A stretch of DNA of 64,000 nt from Antedon mediterranea (lineage: Eukaryota; Animalia; Echinodermata): NCBI RefSeq assembly GCF_964355755.1, contig NC_092670.1, positions 17,594,795-17,658,794 on the forward strand, in the 5' to 3' direction. The notes beneath the pieces were generated by a model, which was not told where the DNA came from, did no database searches, and saw only the letters and a list, made by a program, of their open reading frames with translations. How positions within the stretch are numbered: position 1 is the first letter of the stretch; every line of letters begins with the position of its first letter. A program made the translations under genes and the position numbers. Positions 11,501-24,639 of the stretch are shown here, piece after piece.

Positions 11501-14165
11501 GTGCGTTCTTGTGATTTTCATAATCTAAGTGTTTCTCTAGGGAAGAGTACCTCTGATATGACCTAATGCAACCTTGTTCGCGACAAAGAACAGTTTGCTG
11601 AGGGTGCCAGGACTTTCTTCTCTTTCTATTTGTTCGTCGTCATTTATATCAGCTTGTTCTTCATGAGATGTCTTGGCTTGTATTCTTGCTTTTACTGCAA
11701 TAGATGATACTTGATTTATTTTAATCAGACGTTGTATCTTGGTTATGAATTAAATTGGGTAGCTTCGAAGGCACACAGAATTTACTCAAAAGTAGATTTT
11801 GTCCTGCACCAACACCATACGCCATCCACACCTTCATGGACCTGCTTCCATACATACATACATACATATGTTGTTGATGTGACTCACGCCTGTTATTTCC
11901 ATTTCCCTGCTGCACAAATAGTACCACTCACTATCGATGCCCGTAAACCTAAACATGTATCTGTGTGCAGCGATTTCTTTCTGGCATGCTTGTAAAGGTA
12001 GGACTTCAGTGCTCTGTTTGCGGTCTTTTCTATCGAATCCACAAGCTCCCCCGACAACCGATTTAAAAGAACATGAAATCTCCATTTTGTTTGAACTTAA
12101 AGCCATCAGACAATGATTATATATAAGAATTATTTTCAACACGTCCTTACATTGTAAGACATAAACTAAAATGGATAACAAATCTGTTCCGTTGTCAACG
12201 TCAATGAAGATCGTTATCTATCTATACGCAGTAAAGTGTTTTTGTCTACTGTGGTTAATGTTTTGAAACATTCTCGTTGAGTAAGTTCGACCAGGTTCGA
12301 CAAACAGGAAAACGATAACAAGTTAAAACAAATTTGTTTTTCAGTTTTATCCTATAAACTATGAGAGGATGGAATAATTTATAATAATGTGGTTTGACAA
12401 AGAATAAGCGAGTGATTTTTAGTTAATTGCTTAATTTCGTATATTGGTTAGTAATTGAAATTTTACCAGAACGTATTTTTAGTTTGTGTTTAAATTGCAA
12501 CTTAATTCAAAATTTATCTTTCAAGTTTGTTTCTCGTAATAAAAGTTTGGCTTAATTCGACTTAGATTGCTAAATAGAGAACAATAGGTACATCTGATTG
12601 ATCTTGCCGACAGATAAAATCTTTGAATTTCTTACAACTTTGTGGCTCTGGCGCGGAGCGCAAAATAGTTTCCCCAAATTTGTTTTACTTGATTCATAAA
12701 TATTAGTATCTAAACTTTAGATTGATGACTTTTTTATTTTACAAAAATTCTTCGCACATGAAAAAAAACCGTTTGTTTTTACCCTACTTTTTAAGAGTTT
12801 TATATATGCTAATTAGTAATTAATTAGTCAAAATCCTAAAATTTCATCAAATTTTTTGAAACTTTACTAAATTATTGTCAAGATGCTAGTTAACGTAAGT
12901 GTAAAATATTAAAACGCTAGGTTGCTACGTTTGGCTTCCAGAGGCTGTTAAACTTAATGTAAATTATACACCAAAAATTAACAAAATTGGCCGAAAATCG
13001 TTATTTTTCGATTTTCTCGAAAACTAAGCGATATTTTACCAAACAATCTACACATCAGGTTTACTTACATCAAGGTCTACCAATGTGCAAAATATGAGCC
13101 AATTCGAAATTTTGACCCTTGCCACCTAATGTTTGATTTTTAGTGACTGGCTCTCTTAAGAATGAATAACTAGCTTACCAGCAGCTGATATCGTTTCTTC
13201 CAGTTTTAGACGCCATACTTTAGTTGTCTTCAAGTTTTAGAGATTGGTAAATCCTACTCCCTCTGATACAACTTGAATTTTGTGTCTCAGATTATCATAC
13301 TAGGTATTGAACAAAAACAATTATTTTTCTTCTTATTTTTGTACTAAATGCTTTTAATTAAATAGTCTCAGCTCTGGATGCATTTTTAGATTTTTCTCAT
13401 GCTACCTTTTGTGAAAGTTATAATTAGCATTCGAAATCTCACTTATTTAATGTGACATTATTATTAACATCTAATAATGAGTTGGTTTTTTTTTGCTGGA
13501 TGATTTTCGTTTGTGGAGAGCCAAACTGTCATGACCATTTTCACAACTTAATGATGCAATCTGATGCGTTGTATGCATGTATGTATTATGTAAGTGAATC
13601 TCTCTTATGTTTTAATTGTTTAGGAGCAGCAACAGCAGCAGCAACTTGCATATCAAATGGTGCATGGTGTGTCCCTCCCAGGTCAGCAACCGGCTGGATG
13701 TGTCATTCAGATGAATGGAGATGTACCTGCAGCATTTACACACCAACAACCAACATCAAAGGTAAATATTTTACTTATTAATGTTATTGCATTTAACTCT
13801 CTCAAAACAATACAGTCAAGACCTAGCCTAGCCAGAATTGTCAAGCCCTAGCCTAGCCAGAAGTGCCTAGCCTACAGTAGATCGAATTGTCAAGACCTAG
13901 CCTAGCCTAAAAACCTTGAAGTGTTGAGGCCTAGCCTAGATGAAAGTGTCAATCTCTGAAATTATCTGGCATGTCTTTCTTTCAGAATTAAATTTAAATA
14001 ATTATGTTGATTCTTGTTTTGTAGAGTTGACTCAATAACACCTTGTGTCATTTTAGTTTGAAATGTAATTTTTAAAATTATTGTTGAACGTTGTTTTTTT
14101 ATTTAATATCCTAGAACTCAAGAAGGAACGAGAAGAGGCACAACGGTGGAAAGGATAAGACGTAA
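2522..14165 (+). CDS. MLLT10: AF10/AF17 family protein (PZP domain plus OM-LZ; DOT1L cofactor). Coding exons: 2522-2633, 3152-3231, 3493-3547, 3642-3751, 4210-4313, 4718-4811, 5146-6235, 6804-6912, 7311-7402, 7743-7975, 8167-8471, 8603-8714, 13624-13761, 14115-14165
   Basis: GT-AG spliced frame reads MQKEMIGGCCVCGDERGWTENPLVYCDGHGCNVAVHQACYGIVSVPTGPWFCRKCESQERAARV...GWAHVVCALYIPEV...GACMTCNKNGCRLSFHVTCAQ, matching the AF10 PHD-Zn knuckle-PHD. Octapeptide EELLERQW (exon 9), leucine zipper LYQLRQENHRLEERITSLEQRRDHL (exon 10) and Q-rich tail follow. The last two exons are less certain. Confidence 0.95.
10431..10782 (+). mobile_element. tRNA-derived SINE with Nin/Deu-type central domain, nested in the Sola3 element
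   Basis: A box TGGCCGAGCGG, B box GGTTCGAGGC, core TCGGATAAGGACTATAAACCGTAGGTCC...AAAGAACC...GAGTAGGGG..TACCCCGG, 3' hairpin and (AATA)n tail. Second copy at 19327-19640. Confidence 0.85.
10797..12085 (-). pseudogene. Sola3 transposase remnant (N- and C-terminal parts, frameshifted, catalytic core absent)
   Basis: N-term MEISCSFKSVVGGACGFDRKDRKQSTEVLPLQACQKEIAAHR..GIDSE is fused at ~11930 to C-terminal segments CREQGCIRSYQRYSSLEKHLDYENH (C2H2-like), GWALKSS, DVFDAGEQTGQKADPCDVSREMR, HPIMF and RKKPY..MVSMCSC before a stop at 10797. Family assignment from recollection of Sola3 transposases. Confidence 0.75.
13815..13942. repeat. Degenerate ~25 bp minisatellite (TCAAGACCTAGCCTAGCCAGAATTG-like) in the last MLLT10 intron
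   Basis: About 5 imperfect copies with a CCTAGCCTA core. Confidence 0.6.
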
Positions 14166-17100
14166 CGGAAAGGAAACCAGGGTGGTAATATTTAATCAGT
14201 TGATTGGGTTCGATAACTGAGTTATCTAATTATATATTGCTTTCAATGTTTCATATTTCTATTTTTTCACATTTTAAAAATTAAATTGTAGAAAATGTAT
14301 TTGTACTGTAATTACCTGGTTAAATAAAATATTGATCAGACCTGAATTTATACAATTTACATATTTTACTACTGTAGATTTCTAAAGTTTATGTCTGTAT
14401 ATGGTAGTCACATGCCATGTTTAGGATGTCTATATATGGTAGTCATATGCCTATATGTCAGTCTTCCCATGTTTAGGGTTAGTATGTATGGCAATGACAA
14501 ACCTGTAGTCATCAGTTATATGGTGGTGATATACCCATATATGGTAATGATATACCCATATATGTTAATGAAATGATAAACCTATTATGGCATCATGTTA
14601 TAGTCATAGTTCTGGCTGATTAATTTAATTTCTAATTCATTGTGTTTCTTTTCATGACCAAAGATTTCTAATTAATTTCTTGCAAACTTGTAATTCATTT
14701 TGGTTAGCATAATATTTAATATGGCATTGGTTTTTTTAAAGTTACATGAAATAGTAAAGAGAAAAAGGGGGACTTTTTAAAATTTGCCTCAAATCATATT
14801 TTGCATTATAAACCTTCAGATATTTTCCCCATACTTTCATTTCTGCTTTTATCTGATGATTACATTGTTTAATTTTATTTAGGCACAGATTATTTGTTTA
14901 CTATAAATAAAAAAGAACAATTTCATTTAAAATTTATAATTTTTTCCTTACAGTACTTAAAATAATGCAGGGAGGTTTAGGTTATCATTGGTATTGATAG
15001 TAATTTCCTGAATTTTCTATATTTAATATTATAATCCATTTAATTATTTATTATACCAATTGTTTGTGAAATTTATGGTTTGTAAATTGGGAAATACAGA
15101 TATTTTTATGGCAGAAATCCTGAATCCTCTGTTGATTCTTATTTCTGTTGAGTTTATACATTTTTAGGTGGATATTTTATTTAGCAAGCATTAAATTATA
15201 ATACTAATATTTCAAATTTTGATCTTCTTTCAATTAATTTGTATTTAGAGTAATTTACCAAATGTCTGTCTTTGTATTTAAATAAATTTGTTTTAAAAAA
15301 ACAGTAATATAGTATAATATGTTTTAAAACGCTACTGTATACAATTGAAGAACACAAAATTTTGCTATAATTATTTTTTTATTCAATTTTACATTGATTT
15401 AGAAACAATAAGGTTTGGCAAATGTTCCATAAATAGAGCTTTCGATTTGCGATGACCTAGGAAAGAGGTTAGGTCATGTCAATTGGTGTGTCATAGGTCG
15501 TCGTCTACACAACCACCACAACTTTGTTGAAGAATAGAATGAGGAAGCATATCCCTTTTCCTCTCAAACATTATGTAACTGTTAGGTCTTCTCAAATCAA
15601 AAGCTCCATATAATAATAACTTAAGTGTAGTGTTACTGGACACCAATATAAGGTTTTCCTCATCATTAGAATTGTAGATTATTGTAGTACGTGCTTAAAA
15701 TCTAAATCTGACACTATAAAGTTGTTAATATGAAGTTCTTTATTAAATAATGTAAAACAGTGATTATAATTTATACTTTTGTATATAAAAGTTTTCTAAA
15801 ATTATTCCATAGAATAGAGTTTCGTTTGTATATTGGCTACTATATTTTGCCATGTAACATGTACAGTTAGATATATTTACAATTGTATCCTAAAGCCTGG
15901 TTCCCAAATACAACGCAAGAATGTAACCCAAGTTATTCAACCAATCACAAGCGACATGTTGAATGATCTCTTTGGATTGGTCAAATTACTTGTGATGCGT
16001 GTATGGTGTCCTAGTGGGAATCGAGCATAAGTAAAGCATAGACTACCCAAGAAACTTGATTTAAACTTTTCTTTGCTAACTGTGAGTTTGCTCATGTCTG
16101 CAAACTGAAGTTTGGTAGTGACTAGGCTTAAGTAAGTAAACGCTGCATCTAAATGCCATTGTTGGTATAAAACAAAATTGGAACTTACACATTGTATGAC
16201 ATTTTCCTACTTCAGCTTTATTATTCAGGTACATTAGAACCTCCCCCCCCCCCCCTCTTTTGATAGCCCCTTCAGGGGATACGTTCCTCTGAAAGGAATG
16301 AGAGGAAATGTTATAACACTACAGCCAACCCCTAAGCATTTCCACTTTGAGTCAGTTCTCAAAGTAACCTAAGAAAATACTCTGAGCCGATAAAGCCTAT
16401 TTCATAAGATAACTGGTTTGATAAATAAAGTTTCAAGTCTCAGTTTTTCACTTGACTTTAAAAAGATTGTAAAGTTAATTTGAAGAATGTTTTCCTGATG
16501 AATGATTTTATATGTTATATATAAATCAATTTGTATACTGAAAATTTCTCACAAAATGTATTTGCATAAAGGTTTTTAAATTTCTATCAGGTCATGACCT
16601 TTTGTAATGAACTTTGACCTATTTTAGTCTGTATGTTTGTGTTTTTTCATATACACCACTGTTCTGCTTGAAATAGCATTGCCACCAATGTTCTAGTATT
16701 AATGTTAAGAAAATTCTTGGAATTCAAGTTAAGTACACATTGCTTCCAATTAGGTAGTATTTTTACAAGTTAGGGATCATTTCAAAATAATTTTACTGCA
16801 GTAACTACATTTTTTAAACTGCAATAACTTTCACTGTAGAAGATTTTAAGACAGCCACTGCAATAACCATTGTATGATACTCAAAAGAAGATTGATAATC
16901 ACAAAAACAGAATGTAGTTTCTGCAGTAGCTGCAGTAGAATAATATTGACATGGTCCCTTAATAAGTGAATCACTTATTCTTTTATCAGCCAAATAAAAA
17001 ATGTTAAGTGCTGACAGAAACTAGTATTTTGAACACACCTGTAAAAATCTAATGATTTTGATTGAAACTACTCAAGTAATAAATTGTATTAGTTTCCTTT

Positions 17101-17935
17101 TCCATGATTTTAATGTGTAGAGAAATACCAGCAGTTTAGCACATTGATTTTATTTTTATACATGAAATTGGTCAACAAAATGCATGTTTTCTGAAATTAA
17201 TAGTTGTCCCTCTATAGTTAGAATAATGATGTTATTAATCTTTGATACAATTTGTAATAAAACAGCATAAATATTAATAATGATTTTTCATATTGTGTCT
17301 TAATTTGTTTTGTATATTTATCATTATAAAGAAAGGCGTAAGTAATGGTGAAGAGGGGTTCCAAATTAACATCAATCAAAACATCTATTGTAGCTTTGTA
17401 CGAAATAAAGTATTAACGGAAAATCGTTTCTAAGCTAGCCTACCAACCGGAGAAGAAACAGTAAGACCGTTCCCGACCCGAATAGGCCTAGGGGTTAAGT
17501 ACGTGTGAGAAAACAGTGCTAGGTAGCTGACGAAACCAATTGGGCCTAGCCTATCTATGCCTAGCTTTTAACTAAAATATCCTATTATTTTAAAATTATT
17601 CCTACATATTTTGGTACTTATATATTTTAATACTTAAATTGTGTGTACTACTACTACAGACCTAAAAACAGTAATCATTTACTCACCTGTTTTGGCTTTC
17701 AGCGCGGGATGCTCACTTTGTCAACGTATCGCGGAGACCTGTACCTAAGTCTGATTTCTCTCAACAAACACGTTGTCTGATTGGTTGAAAGTGTTTTGGT
17801 TCCACTAACTACCTCGAGATGTAATAAACAGGTTATCAGACATAAATTCAATTTCGGAATATATTATATTATATACATATTCACCATTCACACATGGAAA
17901 CACTTACCCTTAAAATGAATAAATCTCCTATCTAA

Positions 17936-18296
17936 TGCTTGGTTCCCACTAGCGACGCAACACAAGGACGTAACGCAACGCAAGTGAATTGACCAATCAC
18001 AAGCGATGGCTTATTCGCTTGTGATTGCTTAAGCTTGGTTCCCACTAGAACGTAACGCAAGGACGTAAACGCAACGCAAGCGTGTTAACCAATGATAAGC
18101 GAAGTTATAGACAGTTAGCAATCACAAGCGAATAAGCCATCGCTTTTGATTGGTCAATTCACTTGCGTTGCGTTACGTCCTTGCGTTGCGTCGCTAGTGG
18201 GAACCACGCTTAACTGTCTATAACTTCGCTTGTCATTGGTTAAAACGCTTGCGTTGCGTTTACGTCCTTGCGTTACGTTCTAGTGGGAACCAAGCT
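17936..18296. mobile_element. Harbinger-like MITE containing an inverted copy of itself (inner copy 18032-18210)
   Basis: TIR AGCTTGGTTCCCACTAG/CTAGTGGGAACCAAGCT occurs twice. The inner 179 bp is the reverse complement of the rejoined outer halves. TAA/TTA flanks. Degenerate relatives at ~15893-16028 and ~34615-34700. Confidence 0.8.
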
Positions 18297-18760
18297 TTAG
18301 TGAATACAATTTAAGTGAAATACTTAAATATTTATTGAGTTAAGTGAAATTTCTCACTTAAGTGTGATTGGTGAATACGGCCACTGGTAGAAAATAGCAA
18401 TTGGGAATTAACAAAAAGTTTTAAAAGTGTGAGAATAAGACGCCCTCCCATTATCGCATGATGCTATTCCACCTGATTATGTCAAATGTGCAACATTTGC
18501 CTAATTTCGTTTATAATTATTGCTCATCCAGACCTATGATGGACGCATCAACCCAAAAAAGTGCATCAAAAACGATTTATCGCAAAATGCACTACAAAAA
18601 AATAAGATAAGAGATATTTCGGCTAGTTCGGAATTGCAGTGTACATAGACAAAATATTATACAGAAAAGAAAAATGAATTCACTAAAAAGAAAATCCTTG
18701 ATTAAACTTAGAATGCACTAAAAGTCTATCGGAGACATATGCCGAAACCCAGGATTGAAG

Positions 18761-18794
<34 letters not shown>

Positions 18795-18958
18795 AAACTG
18801 AGCTATTTCGGCTACTTGATTAATGCAGTGTACATGAAAACAATTTCACCCTGAAACAAAATGAATTCACTAAAACGATAATTGATTAGATAACTAAAAT
18901 GCACTAAAAAAGTATCGGACAAAATATTCCGAAACCTGGGATTGAACCAGGGACCTTT

Positions 18959-18993
<35 letters not shown>

Positions 18994-19134
18994 TTTGGCT
19001 ATTGGAGAAATGCATTGTACATGAAAACAATTTTACACTGAAATAAAAATGAATTCACTAAAACAATAATTGATGATTGGATAACTAAAATGCACTAAAA
19101 ATGTATTGGATACATATGCCGAAACTCGGGATTC

Positions 19135-19183
<49 letters not shown>

Positions 19184-19326
19184 TTCGGCAGTTCATAAAT
19201 GCTGTGTACATACACAACATTATACAGAAAAGAAAATGAATTCACTACAAAAATAATCGTTGATTTAACCTAAAATGTATAGGAGACATATGCCGAAACC
19301 CGGGATTGAACCAGGGACCTTCAGAT

Positions 19327-19639
19327 TGAATTGAAATATATATTTATACTGGGTAACCTCTTCAGTCAAAGACTGGTCTCCCAGAGGGCCCAGTTGGTGA
19401 TCAGTGGCTGTGATGTACTAATACACCGGGGTAACCCCCTACTCGTCTCGAAAGATGTACTAGGTTCTTTAAAGTGCACACGAGCTAGATGTGTACACTG
19501 GACCTACGGTTTATAGTCCTTATCCGAGAAGACTCGTTCTACCACCAGAACCATGGAGTGAGTGAGCCTCGAACCCATGCCGATGTTATGGCTACGTAAT
19601 TACGGTTCCACTGTCTTAACCGCTCGGCCACTCACTCAC

Positions 19640-19640
<1 letters not shown>
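19327..19640 (-). mobile_element. Nin/Deu-domain tRNA SINE inserted into the anticodon arm of a tRNA-Phe copy (19291-~19680)
   Basis: Reverse complement of the head and core of 10431-10782. TSD TCAGAT at 19321-19326 and 19640-19645. Confidence 0.9.
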
Positions 19641-19674
<34 letters not shown>

Positions 19675-19813
19675 TTCACTTTCTTGATAAATGCTGTTTA
19701 CATAAACGAAACATTATATAGAAAAGGAAATTAATTCACTACAAAAAGAATCGTTGATTTAACCAAAAATGCACTACAATATTATCGGAGTACATATGTC
19801 GAAACCCAGGATT

Positions 19814-19863
<50 letters not shown>

Positions 19864-20178
19864 TTCGGCAGTTGACAAATGCTGTGTACATACACACAAC
19901 ATTATAAAGAAAAGAAAATAAATTCACTACAAAAATAATCGTTGATTTAACCAATAATGCACTAAAAAATTACCGGAGTACATATGCCGAAACCCGGGAT
20001 TGAACCAGGGACCTTCAGATCTTCAGTCTGCCCTCTCCCAAGTGAGCTATTTCGGTTTGTTAGTAATTGCATTGTACATACACACAACATTAAAAAGAAA
20101 AAAAATGAATTCACTAAAAAAGAAAATCGTTCATTTAACTTAAAAATGTTAAGGAGACATATGCCGAAACCAGGGATT

Positions 20179-20210
<32 letters not shown>

Positions 20211-20349
20211 TTCTCCCAACTGAGCTATTTCGGCAGTTGATAAATGCTGTGTACATACACACAACATTATACAGAAAAGAAAATGAGTTCACTACAAAAA
20301 TAATCGTTGATTTAACCTAAAATGCACTAAAAAATTGTCGGAAGTCATA

Positions 20350-20366
20350 TGCCGAAACCCGGGATT

Positions 20367-20416
<50 letters not shown>

Positions 20417-20422
20417 TTCGGC
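20350..20422 (-). tRNA. tRNA-Phe(GAA), intact consensus copy. Identical copies start at 21267, 24394, 25310, 26979, 28437, 30109, 31025, 32145, 32876, 33415 and 33985 (73 nt each)
   Basis: Full cloverleaf: acceptor GCCGAAA/TTTCGGC, anticodon arm TCAGA-CTGAAGA-TCTGA, T loop TTCAATC. A T6 terminator lies ~15 nt downstream. Confidence 0.97.
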
Positions 20423-20556
20423 TAGTTGATAAATGCTGTGTACATACACACAACATTATACAGAAAAGAAAATGGATTCACTACAAAAATAATCGTTGAT
20501 TTAACTTTAAAATGTATAGGAGACATATGCCGAAACCCGGGATTGAACCAGGGACT

Positions 20557-20592
<36 letters not shown>

Positions 20593-20731
20593 TTCGCTTT
20601 CTTGATAAATGCTGTGTACATAAACACAACATTATATAGAAAAGGAAATTAATTCACTACAAAAATAATCGTTGATTTAACCAAAAATGCACTAAAAAAT
20701 TACCGGAGTACATATGCCGAAACCCTGGATT

Positions 20732-20781
<50 letters not shown>

Positions 20782-20910
20782 TTCGGCTTGTTAGTAATTG
20801 CATTGTACATACACACAACATTAAGCAGAAAAGAAAATGAATTCACTAAAAAAGAAAATCGTTGATTTAACTTAAAAATGTAAAGGAGACATATGCCGAA
20901 ACCCGGGATT

Positions 20911-20960
<50 letters not shown>

Positions 20961-21097
20961 TTAGGCAGTTGATAAATGCTGTGTACATACACAAAACATT
21001 ATACAGAAAAGAAAATGAATTCACTACAAAAATAATCGTTGATTTAACCTAAAATGCACTAAAAAATTGTAGGAGGACATATGCCGAACCCGGGATT

Positions 21098-21147
<50 letters not shown>

Positions 21148-21283
21148 TTCGGCAGTTGATAAATGCTGTGTACATACACAACATTATGCAGAAAAGAAAA
21201 TGAATTCACTACAAAAATAATCGTTGATTTAACCTAAAATGCACTAAAAAATTGTCGGAGGACATATGCCGAAACCCGGGATT

Positions 21284-21333
<50 letters not shown>

Positions 21334-21460
21334 TTCGGCAGTTGATAAATGATGTGTACATACACACAACATTAGACAGAAAAGAAAATGGATTTACTAC
21401 AAAAATAATCGTTGATTTAACTTTAAAATGTATATGAGACATATGCCGAAACCCGGGATT

Positions 21461-21508
<48 letters not shown>

Positions 21509-22014
21509 TTCGCTTTCTTGATAAATGCTGTGTACATAAACACAACATTATATAGAAAAGGAAATTAATTCACTACAAAAATAATCGTTGATTTAACCAA
21601 AAATGCACTAAAAAATTTTCGGAGTACATATGCCGAAACCCGGGATGGAACCAGGGACCTTCAGATCTTCAGTCTGCCCTCTCCCAACTGAGCTATTTCG
21701 GCTTCTAAGTAATTGCAATGTACATACACACAACATTATACAGAAAAGAAAATGAATTCACTACAAAAATAATCGTTGATTTAACCAAAAATGCACTAAA
21801 AAATTATCGGAGTACATATGCCGAAACCCGGGATTGAACCAGGGACCTTCAGATCTTCAGTCTGCCCTCTCCCAACTGAGCTATTTCGGCTTCTAAGTAA
21901 TTGCAATGTACATACACACAACATTATGCAGAAAAGAAAATGAATTCGCTAAAAAAGAAAATCGTTGATTATACTTAAAAATGTAACGGAGAAAATATGC
22001 CGAAACCCGGGACT

Positions 22015-22064
<50 letters not shown>

Positions 22065-22386
22065 TTCGGCTAGTTGATAAACGCTGTGTACAGAAACACA
22101 ATATTAGATAGAAAAGAAAATGAATTCATTAAAAAAATTAATCATTGATTTAACTTAAAATGCCCTAATAAATATTTTAGACATTATGCAGAAACCCGGG
22201 ATTGAACGAGAGACCTCCAGTCTAACGGTCTCCCAAATGAGCTATTTCGGCTAGGGAATCAATGCTGTGTACAGAAACACAATAATTTACATAAAAGAAA
22301 ATAAAATCACTAAAAAATAATCGTTGATTTAACTTAAAATGCACCATAATAAGTATCGGAGACATGATTGGACCAGGGACCTTCAA

Positions 22387-22417
<31 letters not shown>

Positions 22418-22930
22418 TTCGGTTTCTTGATAAATGCTGTGTACATAAACACATTATATAGAAAAGGAAATTAATTCACTACAAAAATAATCGTTGATTT
22501 AACCAAAAATGCACTAAAAAATTATCGGATTACATATGTCGAAACCCAGGATTGAACCAGGGACCTTCAGATCTTCTGTCTGACGCTCTCCCAACTGAGC
22601 TATTTCGGCAGTTGATAAATGCTGTGTACATACACACAACATTATACAGAAAAGAAAATAAATTCACTAGAAAAATAATCGTTGATTTAACCAAAAATGC
22701 ACTAAAAAATTACCGGAGTACATATGCCGAAACCCGGGATTGAACCAGGGACCTTCAGATCTTTAGTCTGACGCTCTCCAACTAAGCTATTTCGGATTGT
22801 TAGTAATTGCATTGTACATACACACAAAATTATACAGAAAAGAAAATAAATTCACTACAAAAATAATCGTTGATTTAACCAAAAATGCACTAAAAAAATT
22901 ACCGGAGTACATATGCCGAAACCCTGGATT

Positions 22931-22980
<50 letters not shown>

Positions 22981-23109
22981 TTCGGCTTGTTAGTAATTGC
23001 ATTGTACATACACACAACATTAAGCAGAAAAGAAAATGAATTCACTAAAAAAGAAAATCGTTGATTTAACTTAAAAATGTAAAGGAGACATATGCCGAAA
23101 CCCGGGATT

Positions 23110-23148
<39 letters not shown>

Positions 23149-23296
23149 TACTGAGCTATTTAGGCAGTTGATAAATGCTGTGTACATACACAAAACATTA
23201 TACAGAAAAGAAAATGAATTCACTACAAAAATAATCGTTGATTTAACCTAAAATGCACTAAAAAATTGTCGGAGGACATATGCCGAACCCGGGATT

Positions 23297-23346
<50 letters not shown>

Positions 23347-23670
23347 TTCGGCAGTTGATAAATGCTGTGTACATACACAACATTATGCAGAAAAGAAAAT
23401 GAATTCACTACAAAAATAATCGTTGATTTAACCTAAAATGCACTAAAAAATTGGCGGAGGACATATGCTGAAACACGGGATTGAACCAGGGACCTTCAGA
23501 TCTTTAGTCTGACGCTCTCCAACTAAGCTATTTCGGCTTGTTAGTAATTGCATTGTACATACACACAACATTATACAGAAAAGAAAATAAATTCACTACA
23601 AAAATAATCGTTGATTTAACCAAAAATGCACTAAAAAATTACCGGAGTACATATGCCGAAACCCGGGATT

Positions 23671-23702
<32 letters not shown>

Positions 23703-23854
23703 TTCTCCCAACTGAGCTATTTCGGCTTGTTAGTAATTGCATTGTACATACACACAACATTAAACAGAAAAGAAAATGAATTCACTAAAAAAGAAAATCG
23801 TTGATTTAACTTAAAAATGTAAAGGAGACATATGCCGAAACCCGGAATTGAACT

Positions 23855-23899
<45 letters not shown>

Positions 23900-24036
23900 T
23901 TAGGCAGTTGATAAATGCTATGTACATACACAAAACATTATACAGAAAAGAAAATGAATTCACTACAAAAATAATCGTTGATTTAACCTAAAATGCACTA
24001 AAAAATTGTCGGAAGACATATGCCGAACCCGGGATT

Positions 24037-24086
<50 letters not shown>

Positions 24087-24410
24087 TTCGGCAGTTGATA
24101 AATGCTGTGTACATACACAACATTATGCAGAAAAGAAAATGAATTCACTACAAAAATAATCGTTGATTTAACCTAAAATGCACTAAAAAATTGGCGGAGG
24201 ACATATGCTGAAACACGGGATTGAACCAGGGACCTTCAGATCTTTAGTCTGACGCTCTCCAACTAAGCTATTTCGGCTTGTTAGTAATTGCATTGTACAT
24301 ACACACAACATTATACAGAAAAGAAAATAAATTCACTACAAAAATAATCGTTGATTTAACCAAAAATGCACTAAAAAATTACCGGAGTACATATGCCGAA
24401 ACCCGGGATT

Positions 24411-24460
<50 letters not shown>

Positions 24461-24594
24461 TTCGGCTTGTTAGTAATTGCATTGTACATACACACAACAT
24501 TAAACAGAAAAGAAAATGAATTCACTAAAAAAGAAAATCGTTGATTTAACTTAAAAATGTAATAGAGACACATGCCGAAACCCGGGATTGAACT

Positions 24595-24639
<45 letters not shown>

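Larger units (their letters stand above)
8881..13155 (-). mobile_element. Sola3 DNA transposon, internally deleted and non-autonomous, in MLLT10 intron 12
   Basis: TTAA at 8877-8880 and 13156-13159, termini GAG...CTC, near-perfect inverted repeats 8881-~9475 vs ~12570-13155 with weaker similarity to ~9650/12400. TTAA TSD, GAG/CTC ends and long TIRs are the defining Sola3 features. Confidence 0.85.

Noticed and set aside
8881-13155. piggyBac or Kolobok assignment from the TTAA TSD
   Set aside because: GAG..CTC termini, very long TIRs and the protein motifs fit Sola3 better.
19359-19367. SINE tail contains GACTGAAGA, identical to the tRNA-Phe anticodon loop
   Set aside because: Only 9 nt and not at the junction; chance cannot be excluded.
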